64,000 nt of DNA from an uncultured Methanosarcinaceae archaeon (GCA_963833425.1 CAWHXP010000008.1:1-64000); one strand, 5' to 3'. Counted from the first letter of the stretch, positions 22,397 to 36,535 are shown. Program-made: numbers and translations. The notes: generated by a model not told the origin, from the sequence alone.

Positions 22397-24205
22397 ATGA
22401 ATCCTAAAGATAGAATTAATATATTCACTCGACAGTATGACCAATTTTTAAATGCTTATTTAATGTTCATAGTTATTTTTTTATATCATTTGCTTTTCAT
22501 ATTTCAGGGACTTGATCTAACAGATTTTGGATACCATATGACGCATCAGGTATTCTCATTTACCTTATCACCTGATGTAAAATGCATAGAGCCTATGTTT
22601 TATCTAACTGATTTTATAGGAGGAATGTGGCTTTCTTTAATTGGGCATCCAAATGTTCTATGGGCAAGATTGGGGGGAGTTTTTCTTGAAGCTCTGAATG
22701 CTGCAATTATTTTTTCTATCTTAAAAATCTATTTTGAAAAGGAAAAAGTTTTTTTTGTTGTATTTGTATCAAGTATATTTGTGTCTATATATCCACAAAT
22801 GTATATTCATTATTTTACATTTCCAGCTTTTTTGATCAACCTTGAGTTGTGGATATTCAACAGAGTGATTTTATTTGATAGTGAGGTTAAAAAAAGTAAC
22901 ACATATAGTTTTTTTCTAGGGTTCATGGCACTTCCAATAATCCTGAGTAGAATCACTCTACTGCTAATATTTATTATTCCTATACTCTTTATTATTTATT
23001 ATTATGCGAGGGAAAAAAACGTTTTGTGCTTCAAAAAAATTATTTTTCCTACTATAATAGGAATCTTTTTTTCTATTATTTTGTTTGGGTTCTTTTTATG
23101 GTACTTAGATATATTTAAATATTATTTTTCAAATATTGCCGAAAATATATTTTTATCAACAAGGAATGTTACAAATAAATATTCTTTAGCTTCTGGACAC
23201 TCAATGGTACAGTTAGTTAATAGTTATTTATCTGACTCGAAACTAATAATTACTAATTTATTGAACTTGATCGTTAGCATTTATATATTATCAATTATAA
23301 AAGAACAAATTGGGAAAAGAAAACTTAATACGTTAGTAATATTATTGACGTGTTTGACAATTTTATATACGAATTTGTTTGCTATCCCAGATCATGCTAT
23401 CGTTCTATTAAATGTTTTTATTGGAATAATCATTGTTTTAGCAATCATATATTTTGCATTTAATAAATTGATGAATGAAAATATAGATTTGTTATTAATT
23501 TCAAGCATAGGAATTATGGTAATTAATCCAATCGGTTCTGATGGGGGGTTATTTAAGGCAGTTTATGGAATGTGGTTAGCATTACCTCTTGTATTGCTGT
23601 GTATCTGTAAAATAAAAACAGATATTAAATATACAAGAATTTCATCAATGTTATCTTTAATACCGATACTACTTGTTTCTTTATTATGTTTTTCCATTTT
23701 TTTTAATATCACCTATATTAATTATCTAGACGATAAGACCCGTTTGGACTTGAATACAGAGTTTTCAGATCCATCACTTAAGGGATTATATTCTACAGCT
23801 GACAGGGTTAAAGCTGTAGATGAGCTTATATATCAGATAAGAAAACATACTGACAAAAATGACGAAATTTTAATAGCTAATAACATCCCAACATTTTATT
23901 ATCTAACAGAAACAAAACCGTCATTTGGAAATCCATGGATTGAATCATTACCTCTTGATGCGACAAAAGAAATACAGCGAGAATTAGAGGAAAAAAAAGA
24001 ACTACCAAAGTTATTTATTTATAGTAGGGTGAGTGGAATGGATCATAGATTTCCAAACGCAGATATCAAAGATAATGAAGATGACAACGATAATGAAGAT
24101 ATTATTAGGCTTAGATACTTAAAGAACCGATACGCTAATGATTTGAACTATACTATTTTATGGGAAAATAAAAACTTTGTAATATACAATCATTCTTCAA
24201 TGTAA
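22397..24205 (+). CDS. Multi-pass membrane protein, GT-C glycosyltransferase-like
   Basis: About 12 TM segments, GLDLTDFGY after TM1, soluble C-terminal domain with P.FYYLTE.KP. Confidence 0.65.
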   Translation: MNPKDRINIFTRQYDQFLNAYLMFIVIFLYHLLFIFQGLDLTDFGYHMTHQVFSFTLSPDVKCIEPMFYLTDFIGGMWLSLIGHPNVLWARLGGVFLEALNAAIIFSILKIYFEKEKVFFVVFVSSIFVSIYPQMYIHYFTFPAFLINLELWIFNRVILFDSEVKKSNTYSFFLGFMALPIILSRITLLLIFIIPILFIIYYYAREKNVLCFKKIIFPTIIGIFFSIILFGFFLWYLDIFKYYFSNIAENIFLSTRNVTNKYSLASGHSMVQLVNSYLSDSKLIITNLLNLIVSIYILSIIKEQIGKRKLNTLVILLTCLTILYTNLFAIPDHAIVLLNVFIGIIIVLAIIYFAFNKLMNENIDLLLISSIGIMVINPIGSDGGLFKAVYGMWLALPLVLLCICKIKTDIKYTRISSMLSLIPILLVSLLCFSIFFNITYINYLDDKTRLDLNTEFSDPSLKGLYSTADRVKAVDELIYQIRKHTDKNDEILIANNIPTFYYLTETKPSFGNPWIESLPLDATKEIQRELEEKKELPKLFIYSRVSGMDHRFPNADIKDNEDDNDNEDIIRLRYLKNRYANDLNYTILWENKNFVIYNHSSM

Positions 24206-24440
24206 AATATCTCGGCAGTGTACCGAAAGTTCTGTAAAATCCGATCGACTATATACCCTTTTCTTTGCCACAAAATATAAGATATATCGTTTTACTGACG
24301 CACAGGTTTTTATAGCAAAATCTATGCATTTTCTAGTTATTCAGCAAAAGTGTTGCAAATCAGGCACAGAGCATTTCTCCACAGCTATAAATAAAATCAT
24401 ATGGATATTATTTATACCATAAAAAGGAGACCACCACAGA

Positions 24441-24659
24441 ATGAGAGTGTTTACTGTCGTCATCGAGCAGGACGAAGATGGGATTTACATAGCTTCAGTT
24501 CCAGAACTTTCTGGATGCCATACCCAAGCTGAAACGCTTGACGAATTGAACAGAAGAATTAAAGAGGCAATCGAACTTTACATTGAAGTTGAAGCCCAGA
24601 AAGGGGAAGAAAGACATCTGGATTTCATCGGAATACAGCAAGTTAAAGTTGAGATTTGA
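24441..24659 (+). CDS. hicB: HicB-family antitoxin
   Basis: VVIEQDEDG.YIASVPEL.GCHTQAETLDEL..RIKEAIELY. Confidence 0.9.
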   Translation: MRVFTVVIEQDEDGIYIASVPELSGCHTQAETLDELNRRIKEAIELYIEVEAQKGEERHLDFIGIQQVKVEI

Positions 24660-24900
24660 ATGAGTAAAAATTACCTCTTCCTGCAAAAAAAGTTGTAAAA
24701 GCACTTGAAAATATTGGTTTCGAGCAGATGAGACAAAAGGCAGCCACTTATTTTTACGCCATCCAAAAGGAAGAACCACGATAGTCCCGACGCATCCTAC
24801 CGAAAAAATCGGAAGGGGAATGATCACCAAAATAATAAAAGATGCAAAAATTACACGGGATGAATGGGTTGAATTGATAAAAAGCCTCATTCTTTTCTGA
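24660..24900 (+). pseudogene. hicA: HicA-family toxin, frameshifted
   Basis: Reassembles to ...PAKKVVKALENIGF..RQKGSHLFLRHP.GRTTIVP.H....IGRG....IIKDA. Confidence 0.85.
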
Positions 24901-25076
24901 TGAAATAAACCATTGATCTTCTAATGATATCGAATTGGTGTGTTTTGATAAAATATCCAACGTTCCTTTTGATTAAGTTTTATATTAAAATTCCAATTTT
25001 TGAACTAAAACTTGGATTTTATAGAAACTTAGCTTGGATATACATCAAGTGCAATGTTTTGACAGGCATGTCCAAT

Positions 25077-25376
25077 TTAAAAGATGTCTTTTAAGGCAAT
25101 CGAAGCTGGATATGCACCACCAGCTCCGCAAATATAATAAGTTACTCTTATTGCCTCCATTACCTCTTCTTTTGTTACACCTGCCTGCATAGCTTGCTTT
25201 GCAAGTGCTTTAACTCCGTCTACTGCACCATGAGCCGCATCTAAAGACATGGCAATAGGTATCTTGTATTTAACTGGGATCTTCCCCTCTGCAAATGCAA
25301 GCTTGTATGAATCCTGAAGAAGGTTAAATAATTCCGAATCTTCGTCTATTATTGTTTGAAGTGGGTTTTCTGCCAA
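25077..25376 (-). CDS. Carboxymuconolactone decarboxylase (AhpD-like) family protein
   Basis: GKIPVKYK..IAMSLDA...A.QAG.TKEEVMEA. Confidence 0.8.
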   Translation of the reverse strand: MAENPLQTIIDEDSELFNLLQDSYKLAFAEGKIPVKYKIPIAMSLDAAHGAVDGVKALAKQAMQAGVTKEEVMEAIRVTYYICGAGGAYPASIALKDIF

Positions 25377-25719
25377 TATATCATCTCCATCACATTTATT
25401 TGAAGCTGCTTTTCTTTAAACATTTATTATATCTGCTTCAGCTAAAAATATTGGTTGTGGTGTATAAATAATACTTCCGCAGTTTGATACTATAATTATT
25501 ACCTTTGTGTATCTTTTTTCCGGTGATGAAATTGATTAACTCTCCTAATTGTGAATGTTTATACTGATTTTGTAACAAAACCAGACTTTTTACACCAGAA
25601 CCATATATACTCCTAAATTTCTACTTATTTCAGTAAATCCCACTCATAATTTTTTGCAACGGAACCGAAATATTTATTGATGTTCCGACTTCAGAGTTCG
25701 GAAATTGGGTTATTCGGAA

Positions 25720-27104
25720 CTACTGTGTATAGGTAGTGATTTTCGTCATGAGAAGGTCCCGCTCCCTATTGGCTATTCCAGTGCTATATCGTTTTGCGAA
25801 ATCTTTTGCCGTAGCAGGGTCGCTGGCATACATCTTCATTAACGTCTCTTTAATGGGATCATATTCCCTGAAAGATTGCTCTTCATAGTCTCGCCACAAC
25901 TCCTCGACAAGGAATTTATATTTATCATGGTTTACTTTGCAGAGTGAATAGAGCCCCCTGAAAGACCAATAGGCGACAACGGACTGTACTGATTTCCTTC
26001 AAGGCTAAAACCGGGAGGAATATCACCCATATTGCTATATAGTGGGAGGTAGGGTGCGCCCATAGGGGTGCTTACAACCTGCCATATCAAACCTTTTAGC
26101 TCCGGAGGCATCTTTGGATCAAGAACCATGATATGGCTTTCAGCCTTCCTGTCCACCCCAATCGCCCGCTTCGCTTTGCCTTCAAGCTCCGTTCCCTTGT
26201 AGGTGGCCCGTAGCACGTTCATAACGTCCCGGACATGGATTTTTTTGTCCGGCTTGAGAAAAAGCGGATACTGGTATTCACGGGGTTTTTGTTCCAATGA
26301 AGGAGTATGGATTTTTTGGGCGAGCCATATGCGATCGACATTAGTAGGATCACCGGGAACGCCAAAGGCTTCGGCAAAGTTAAAGTTATGCCGGTCAGGT
26401 GCCTCAAGCAGTTTGTATTCGCAAACAAATTCAAAGAGTTTTTTGAATTCAGAACATCTTCGTTGTCAAGATCAACAGAGTGCACCCTCATATCGTTTGC
26501 CACTAAGAGGTATGAATCTTCGGGAATTTTAACAGCAATCCAGTGATGACATGATCCTATCTCAAAGTACATGACTCATCGGAGTCGCCTATTAAAATAC
26601 CGTTCACCTCGCTTGCGCCATACTTCTCTACATATCTGCCAAGAAGTTTTACCGCCTCTTTTGCCGATTCAACCTGCGGCAGAAGAAGGATTTGTATTAC
26701 CGATTCAGCAATGCCTCCCGAAGCGAGCAGAGGGTCGAAGCCTCTTGCTTTATCATTAATGGCAAGGGAGTTTGTCGCGGAAATGGCAACATTTCGTTCG
26801 TTAATACCACGCTCTTCAAAGAAAAAATGTCTTACGATAGCGTATTTTGCCTCTTAATAAACCGCAGCTTCCGGCATTGCGTTATATCGGTACATTTTTT
26901 GCGGGACAGAGACTTTCAGGCCGTTCCCAAAGTCCAGACATTATCCGAAACAGCGGCGTTGCCGTTTTGCTTGTTGTAGTACTCCGGAAATGGACGAAAG
27001 ACCATATATTTATTCCAGTTGTTCCGAGTATAGTCTTCATTTTTGGACAGCAAAATTGTTCCGTCGCATGTCGCTTTTTTGCCTGCCAATAAGCTTGTGT
27101 ACAT
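25720..27104 (-). pseudogene. C69-family dipeptidase, multiply frameshifted
   Basis: M(Y)TSLLAGKKAT.DGT..LSKNED (nucleophile Cys2 reads Tyr), HHWIAVKIPEDSY..VAN, YPLFLKPDKKI...DVM..LR. Confidence 0.85.
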
Positions 27105-27180
27105 ACTCTCACCTTTATCAATAAGACGAGAGGAAGCGTCGCAGATTTTTCACGACACTCCCCTCATCCCTTGGGTTTTG

Positions 27181-28457
27181 TTATTTAACGATGGCCAGTT
27201 TTGAGTTAACGAAAAGATTGTACGCATTCATTCTCGGCGTATTGTCATTCGGCAAATCAAATTCAATATCCGCCCCCTTTCGGAAGAAGAGACAATACGT
27301 TGAACCGCCGAAGTGGAATGTTCCGATATTTTGGCCTTTTGTGACCTTTTGACCTTCATAAACCTGTATGTCGCAAGAAGAGATCTCTGCCATGCCGATG
27401 GGCATAAAGCACATGAGGCCGATCTTTGGATTTTCGGCCTCGATGAAAATAAGCGCCCGCGTTGCGACTTCGCTTATATACCCTGTGAGTCATTTGGCGC
27501 AGCCGAGTCATAACCTTCCGTGGGGGTCTCGGAGTAATACGTCCCGTCAATGATCTTTGTTTTAACAATCCTCCCCGATACAGGGCTGTGCCATTGGTGG
27601 AAGCTTTTGGCACTCAAAAATGCCTGATAGGCAGAGCCGCCCACAAGCTGTTCGGTTCTCTCGTCACAGTCAAGCATATGCACAAGGGAGTATGGCTGCC
27701 CTTTGATCCAAAACTTTGTGCGTAGTTATACTTCATCATCACTCTATGCAATTTTATATGGAGAGGATTCACAGGCGTTAATAATGATTGAATCATCACC
27801 CTTTCCGGCAATTGGACGCTTTCCGTCCCGGAATTTCCTGGTGAAAAAATAGTCTCAGCAGGCAAAGCCGTAATGCGGTTTTTCCGGGTCACATTTAAAT
27901 GTCTCGATAAACTCTGATCTCGCCTTGTCATGCTCGCCGGGTCTAAGGATGCGGTTTTTCGTCCTTTTGATCGGGTTTTTTCCGCCAATAGGACATACTT
28001 TGAGTCCACAGATTTCAGGAACGTCCCCCAATGGTTCAGCACCTTCTTGAACTGTACGTTTAGTTTGTTATTAAGGAACGTCGCAAAATCGCCCTCAGTG
28101 CACATCGCCCAGTCTAGAATCGCGTTAATCGGAAAACCAATACAGCTGGTGTCGTTATAGGTCGGGGATTTTGTCATTATGTTGTTCAGCAGATCTAAAA
28201 AATGCTTGTAGTCTCTCATCTGTTTTCCATACACGCTATGTTCATACTTCTTCGGCACCTGGTCGAACATCATGGTTACGAGCGCGTAATTTCAGCGTCT
28301 GATTCAATAAGCTCCTGAAGCTCCTGTATGACCGGATGAAATGGCTTTTTTTCAGTGTCTACTTCGTCGATGAGATCGGCCAGCCAATATTAAAATTTTT
28401 CTGATCAGAGGGGAGCCATTCTCCAATCCGGTATTGTGCGGTTTTAGTCTTTTCCAT
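27181..28457 (-). pseudogene. Phosphatidylserine decarboxylase-like (PsiD/PSDC-type) pyruvoyl enzyme, frameshifted
   Basis: YRIGEWLP, GFPINAILDWAM.T, YQAFLSA.S(F)H.WHSPVSG, GMAEISSC, FHFGGST. Confidence 0.85.
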
Positions 28458-28469
28458 ACATTTTCTCCT

Positions 28470-29861
<1,392 letters not shown>

Positions 29862-30047
29862 ACATATCTCCTTTGTTGGTTCCTTTGCAAAAAAAATTCT
29901 GTAATTTGACACTATAATTTTCACATTTATGCTATTTTATACCAAATAAAAATGATTAATTCCCTAATTGTGATATTTTTATTGATCTTGTGAAAAAGCC
30001 AGATTTTTTGAACGGAACCTACATAGATTTGCTATATAAGCTCTGCA

Positions 30048-30197
30048 GGTTCCGTTGCAAAAATAATTTTTCTGTACTTTGAGGATATTATAATTTCCTT
30101 AAATGCTGTTTTGACCCCAGTTTGATCACTAAAATTGCCTTATTGTGAAGGTTTTCAACGATTTTGTAAAATGTTATGATTTTTTTGCAACTGTACC
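30048..30197. mobile_element. 150-bp MITE with IS6-type TIRs
   Basis: GGTTCCGTTGCAAAAA ... TTTTTGCAACTGTACC; internal similarity to 10097-10245 in reverse orientation. Confidence 0.7.
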
Positions 30198-30231
30198 CCT
30201 GTATACATATCCGATATCGCTAGTCTTCGTT

Positions 30232-31960
30232 TTAATTCATCAGAAATTTAGACCATCCAATGTTGCCCATTTTTAAAGTTCTTGCATTTATAGCCACGAT
30301 TACGGTACTTAGACTCATGAGAACGGCACCCGTCTCAGGGTTTAGTAAAATTCCGTATCCATAGAGTACCCCAGCAGCAAGGGGAATTGCAAAAACATCG
30401 TATCCAGTTGTCCAGAGAAGGTTTTGATACATCTTGGAATAAGTCCTTCTGGAAAGCGCGATGATATTCAGTACATCCCTTGGATCGTTTTTAACCAGTA
30501 CGATATCGGCTGTTTCGACTGCAACATCCGTAACTGCTCCGATAGCAATTCCGACACCAGCTTGGGCCAATGCAGGGGCATCATTAACTCCGTCCCCTAC
30601 CATTCCTGTGATATACTGCTTTTGAACTTCTTTGACTTTCTCTGCTTTGTTATGAGGAAGAACTTCTGCGAAGTAATCGTCAAGTACCAGTTCTTTGGCT
30701 ACCCAGGCAGCAACATAATGGTTATCCCCTGTGAGTATGATACATTTTATTCCCATGCCTTTGAGCTTCGATATAGCTTCCCTCGATTCCTGCCGGATAA
30801 TATCCCCAAGAGCAAGTGCTCCAAGAACTTTATCACCCTCGAGCAGGAACAAAAGGTTTTTCCCTGTTCTTTGATTTCTTCAATTTTTTCGTCTCTAATG
30901 ACAATTCCCTTTTCTTCAAGGTACCCCGGGCTCACAACAAGGAATCGTCTTCCTTCAACCACCCCTTCTATCCCCTTCCCGGGGATTGAACTGAATTCAT
31001 CCACATAACTAGTTTCAAATCCTTTTTCCTGTGCGCTTTCCAGAATACCTGCTGCAATAGGATGTCCAGAACTGGTTTCTAAGGAAGCCGTCAGGCTCAG
31101 GATAGTTTCTTTTTTCTCTCCAGAAAGAGAAACTATATTCGTGACCCCGAATCTTCCTTCAGTGAGGGAGCCTGTCTTGTAAAAAATGAGAGCCTGGGGA
31201 TTACGTGCACTTTCAAATGTCTCTCTTTCTTATAAGAAGCCCGGATTTTGTAGCAATAGATGTTGAAACTGCAATCACAAGAGGAATTGCAAGCCTAAGA
31301 GCATGTGGACAAGTTATTACCATTACAGTAACTGCTCTCTCCAAGGCAAAGGCAAATTCTCGGCCAAATAAAATCCAGAGAATGAAAGTGAGAGTTCCCT
31401 AAGTCAGAGCTATGATTGTAAGGTCCATTGAAGCCCTATTCGCCAAGTTCTGGGTTTTTGATTTGCTTTCCGTGGGCAGCCCTGACGAGCTCGACAACCT
31501 GGCTCAGATAGGCATCTTTCCCGGATTTTTCTATCTTTACCACGAAAACTGCTTCCCCGTTAATAGAACCACCTATAACCTTATCTTCCGGTTTTTTTTG
31601 TGATAGGTTTAGACTCTCCTGTAAGCATTGATTCGTTGAAGCTACTTTTTCCTTCTACAACAGTCCCGTCCACAGGCACTTTTTCTCCGGGCTTGACCAA
31701 AACCGTATCCCCTATTTTTAGTTGGTCAATACCAAAGTCAACGATTTTTCCGTTATTTTTCAGATGAGCAACCACCTGCATTATTTTTATAAGTTCCTCA
31801 AGGGCTCTTGAATCCCCCATTACTGAAGCATCTCTAGCCAGTGCCCGAGAAGCATTATGTAGATAAGGGTTACCAATTCCCAGGAAAATACTCCTCCTTG
31901 ATCTTCCGAATGATCATGATGCAGCGTATTTCCAGCAAGTTTATGCCCACTTTCTTCATG
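30232..31960 (-). pseudogene. copB: Copper-translocating P1B-type ATPase (CopB-like), disrupted
   Basis: TGES, CPH, YKTGSLT (catalytic Asp lost), GDGVNDAPAL; several frameshifts. Confidence 0.9.
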
Positions 31961-32745
31961 AAATTAATTCGAATTTTAGGATAAATCATTTATACTCTGT
32001 TCTCTTCAGCTTGCGTATCCACTTTCCCATAATTTTTAATGGAATAAAAAAATTATAGCTTCTTTAATACCAGAGAATTTAAATAGACGGTTTTGTGAAG
32101 CTACTATTTTGTCTTATGGATAGTAGAATAATTATTACGAAAAGAGATATTATTTAACTTTTTACTTCTGGAGCGATGCAACGAGAATCATTTATTTTAC
32201 TGATCAGGAATAAAGGGTTTTGGGATAATTCTATCAAATTCAGGAATATTTTTTAAAGAATTCTCTTGTGCAAATCCAGGCAGGTTGACTACAAATTTTA
32301 ATCTGTATCCATAAAATTAATCTATTAGACGACTATTTTTTATTATCTACACAGTTCTTATTATCTTTTCAATATTTGCTAAAAATTTAATTGTAAAAAC
32401 TTGTACATTCTTATAAAACTATAGAAAGCGAGTTATCAATATTTAGCTCGAAGAGTTCTGGATTTGTAGCAGTTTCTACTAATTTATAGGGAATCGATTC
32501 TATTAATGGCTTTTAGCACTAGATTGATGAAAGGCTTCCTCTTATTTAAAAGTTTAAAAACCACGTAATTAGCTAGTGAATTCCATCGTTCTGATCTATA
32601 ATAAGATATTTCTAAGTGAGAAAATATTATTTATTGACTCTGCACATTTTTTCATGATGGAAGATTAAAGGATACAGAGTCAAACAAATTTTACAAAAAT
32701 TTCCATGCACAGTCAAAACTTCTTTGATGTGCCAAACGTAGTAAT

Positions 32746-33408
32746 CTACTTGTTAAGTTCAATCGCTTTTTGATATGCTTTTCTGGCTTCATCGTACTTG
32801 CCTAAGTTCGCAAGAGCTGCGCCTTCTTTGTTCCAAGCATCTGGATTTTTAGGATCAAGTCTCACGGCTTTGTCGTATGCTTTCAACGCTTCATCGTATT
32901 TGCTTTGTTGAGAAAAAGCGTCTCCTCTATTGTTCCAAGCTTTTGAATCTTGTGGGTTGATTTCAGTTGCTTTTTGATATGCTGCCATTGCTTCATCCGA
33001 TTTGCCTAATCTCTCTAGAGCTTCACCTTTGCCGAGCCAAGCCGTTGAATTCTGTGGATTAGTTTCGATAGCTTTTTCATACTTTTTTATTACTTCATCT
33101 GATTTTGTTACATTCTGTGGTTTAATTTTATATGCTTTTTCGTATGCATTTGCTGCTGCATCGGATTTATCCAAATTATCTAGAGCAACTCCATTATTTG
33201 AATCTTGCATCATTTTTTTACTATAGTTTGATAATGAGTCATCGAGTTTATTGAAATCAGTTACAACGTTTCCTTTATTATTTCTAAACATTGAATCCTG
33301 CGTCGCGCCTGCGATACTCACTAAGATTAAAAAAGTTACCACAGTGATGCCTAAAACCGTTATAACGGTATGCCTTTTACTTGCTTTATCATATGTTGCT
33401 TTTTTCAT
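32746..33408 (-). CDS. Secreted/anchored tetratricopeptide repeat protein
   Basis: Hydrophobic N-terminus; AW..KG..L..LGK.DEA..AY.KA..INP repeats. Confidence 0.9.
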   Translation of the reverse strand: MKKATYDKASKRHTVITVLGITVVTFLILVSIAGATQDSMFRNNKGNVVTDFNKLDDSLSNYSKKMMQDSNNGVALDNLDKSDAAANAYEKAYKIKPQNVTKSDEVIKKYEKAIETNPQNSTAWLGKGEALERLGKSDEAMAAYQKATEINPQDSKAWNNRGDAFSQQSKYDEALKAYDKAVRLDPKNPDAWNKEGAALANLGKYDEARKAYQKAIELNK

Positions 33409-34356
33409 TTTCAGTCTCCTGGTAGTTTTTATAGATTAATGACGGAAAACTACTAAACAAATATACAATGTTAATACATCTTTCTATAAATTAAACATTT
33501 CTACTTAAAAATTATATTTTGTAATGTATTAAAATAACTTTGTATCATTTTCTTTGCAGAACCTCTCAAATGCTTCAATTCTACTACATTCTTTCAAATT
33601 TCAAGGCAGATATTCAGAAAAGAATTCAGTCTGAATGCAGAGACAAGCCAAGAAAAGCTACATTGTAAGGTTGAACATAGCTATAAAAAGCAATGATGAA
33701 TTGATTTTGGCAGTGTGCCTAAGTTCTATAAACATGATCGGTTCTTAATACCTTTCTTTTGCAACAAAAAACAGAATTTAGAGTTAATGTTCTACTGACA
33801 AAGTTTTTGCGTCAAAATCTATGAATTTCTTAGTTCCATCCGAAATACAGAAACCTTTTCAAATCTAAGACTCGAGAGCTTATGGAACCCAAAGAGCATG
33901 TGTAGCATATGGAGCTCATGGAACACTTGAAAATGATGAACTAGATTATAATCATAACAGAAAATTTCATAACAGAAGATTTCAGAAATAAATATGTATA
34001 GTGCTTCTGAACAATACTAAAAGCAAGAATAAATTGAATCAGAAAGTTATTTTTTCTGTACCATAGTCTAACTTAAAAGAGTTAAAAATAACTCTATCCA
34101 TTTACGTTCAGTATAAAAAACTTCTTACTATGTTTTACTACACTATTTTATATTAGGATTTCAGTGGCGTATTAATCTTTCACTCACAAAAGAATCGCTG
34201 ACATTTTTCGCAAGATCCGGACTAATTACTATATATACTATTTATCCAAAGTTATTCCTATATTGTATATATACACAAAATAGATATTAAGTCATTTTCA
34301 GCTAATCTATTACGATTCATAAGTACGCTACCAACAAAAAACCCTAAATGAATTGT

Positions 34357-34530
34357 TTTAGTGCAATTATGTGTCTGACAATGAAAAATTGTCCGGATCT
34401 ATCCGACAGATAATCTACCAAGCTGCAGGTATCTCTTACCGGTTTAGTGATTTATGTGTCTGGCAGTGAAAATTGTCATGTAGCTCTCCAACAAATAGTC
34501 CGCAGGCTGCAGGTATCTTTTTCCTGCAGT
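34357..34530 (+). repeat. Degenerate tandem duplication, 86-bp period, ending in a CTGCAGG/CCTGCAG hairpin
   Basis: TTTAGTG..TTATGTGTCTG.CA.TGAAAA.TTGTC ... GCTGCAGGTATCT at 34357 and 34443. Confidence 0.7.
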
Positions 34531-35365
34531 TCATGCAATCTACTTTTTTGGTACGTCGTTGGTGACCATAAGTCCTCAGTTATCAATTACTGTTGTATGG
34601 TCAAAGATTACGATTTCATATCTCTAGATATACCTTCGAGATAAGAGAGCTTCAGAATATTAATGGTTAAGGATGAGAGCATTATTGAAAATCACAAAAT
34701 TTCTCTTTTTCGGATTTTACGTTCAAATTTTATATCTTTTTTCCCATTCAAAAAATAAAGATAGCAACATTTAGTTTTTTTTTATTTATTACTTATTTGA
34801 GCAAAAGCTATGTTTTCTCCCATCTGAGGTAAAAAAAGTCATCGAATTTTGCTGAGTGTGTGAAAATAGGCATCTCAAGGCAACTTGCCACTTTTTGCAG
34901 AAAAATTACAAATTTCAAGAAGTTAGTGGTAGATGATTTCATGTATGAAGAACCTAATAACATTAGTATACTGAAATTTAACTTTAATTTACAGTAAATT
35001 CGCTATACTGTCAAGTTTGACTGAGAAATAAATAGCATTAATGTTAAACTAGTTAAATGATAAAATTGACAATCAGATCTTCTGGCTTTTTTAACTCCGG
35101 ATATCAATTCTACAAACTTTTGACTTTTTATCTATTCTAATCTTCCTTTAATCTTCCCGGATATAACCTTTGAATTATATATTATATATTGAATATATAG
35201 ATTTCTTTACTGAAGATAAATAATTTACTTAAATATATCTCTATATTGTGTATATGGGATATTATTATATATAATTCTATTGTAATTCGCATTTAATATA
35301 GATCACAAATAAAATATCTATATATTGATCACATACTATTAATTATTGGAAGGAGTAAATGTAAT

Positions 35366-36238
35366 ATGGTAAAAAAATTTACAAATCAAACGATCTTCAT
35401 ATTACTAGCTATTGGACTTGTAGTTTTAGGAATTGGGTGTAGTGTAGCGGCTGCTGAGCAGAAAGCTACTTCTTCTCAAACACAAAGTGTTTCTGTGAAA
35501 GGCTCTGATTCTGTTCTGCCTCTTGCACAGGCTGAAGCTGAAGAATATATGAAAGAAAACCCCGGAAAAAGTGTTTCAGTTACTGGAGGTGGATCTGGCG
35601 TTGGAATTGCCGCTCTAATTGACAAAGGATTAGACGTTGCTGATGCATCAAGAGAAATGACAACTGACGAAATCAAAAAGGCTAACTCAAACGGAGTCAG
35701 CCCAGTAAAGCACGTTATCGCTTATGACGGCATTACAGTGATTGTAAATCCAAAGAATCCTGTTACAAAGCTTACCTTTGACCAACTGCGTGGCATCTAT
35801 GGTGGTAATATCAGCAACTGGAAGGAAGTTGGTGGTGAGGACAAATCAATTGTCGTAATTTCTAGAGACAGCAGTTCTGGAACTTATGTAGACTTCAAGA
35901 GTGATATTGGATTTGCTGAATACCGACCTGATGCTCTTACCCAGGCTACTACGGGAGGAATCGTCAGCGAAGTATCTCAGAACCCCAACGCAATCGGGTA
36001 TATCGGTTTTGCATATGTCGATAAAAGCGTAAAGGTCTTAAGCGTTGATAATGGAAAAGGTGCAGTGATGCCAACTGTTGACAGTATTCAAAGTGGAAAA
36101 TATCCACTCTACCGAACGCTCCAGGTCTATACAAATGGGGAACCATCAGGACTCACGAAGGAATTCGTCGACTTTGAGTTGAGTCCGAAAGGACAGGATG
36201 TTGTGAAAAAAGTTGGTTACATCCCTCTCAATAAGTAA
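35366..36238 (+). CDS. pstS: Phosphate ABC transporter substrate-binding protein
   Basis: VKGSDSV.PL, GGGSGVGI.AL, ASR, IAYDG, SRDSSSGT, NAIGY, YPL.R.L..YT. Confidence 0.93.
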   Translation: MVKKFTNQTIFILLAIGLVVLGIGCSVAAAEQKATSSQTQSVSVKGSDSVLPLAQAEAEEYMKENPGKSVSVTGGGSGVGIAALIDKGLDVADASREMTTDEIKKANSNGVSPVKHVIAYDGITVIVNPKNPVTKLTFDQLRGIYGGNISNWKEVGGEDKSIVVISRDSSSGTYVDFKSDIGFAEYRPDALTQATTGGIVSEVSQNPNAIGYIGFAYVDKSVKVLSVDNGKGAVMPTVDSIQSGKYPLYRTLQVYTNGEPSGLTKEFVDFELSPKGQDVVKKVGYIPLNK

Positions 36239-36269
36239 AAACTATAAATTTTAAAAGGAAAATATATTA

Positions 36270-36430
36270 CGGCTTCATAAAGGAAGATCGAGTGATAGGT
36301 GCTCTTCTCAGTCAGCATCTACAGATTGTTATCTTCTACTAATATTATTTTTTTTATTCAGTGTAGTTTATTTCTCTTTAAAATATATCTCTTCTGGATT
36401 TTTTCACTGGCAATTGTTATATATCTTCTA
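36270..36430 (+). pseudogene. Possible short remnant of phosphate permease PstC
   Basis: Decayed hydrophobic reading ending ..DFFTG.. directly after pstS. Confidence 0.35.
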
Positions 36431-36535
36431 AAGCTAATTTTGATTTACTGACATTAGAATCTCAGATTAGGGTTTTCTTTTTCCTGGTTATAGTCAAAGA
36501 AATTTGAAGCGATGAGCTTCAATCGGGAATGTGAC

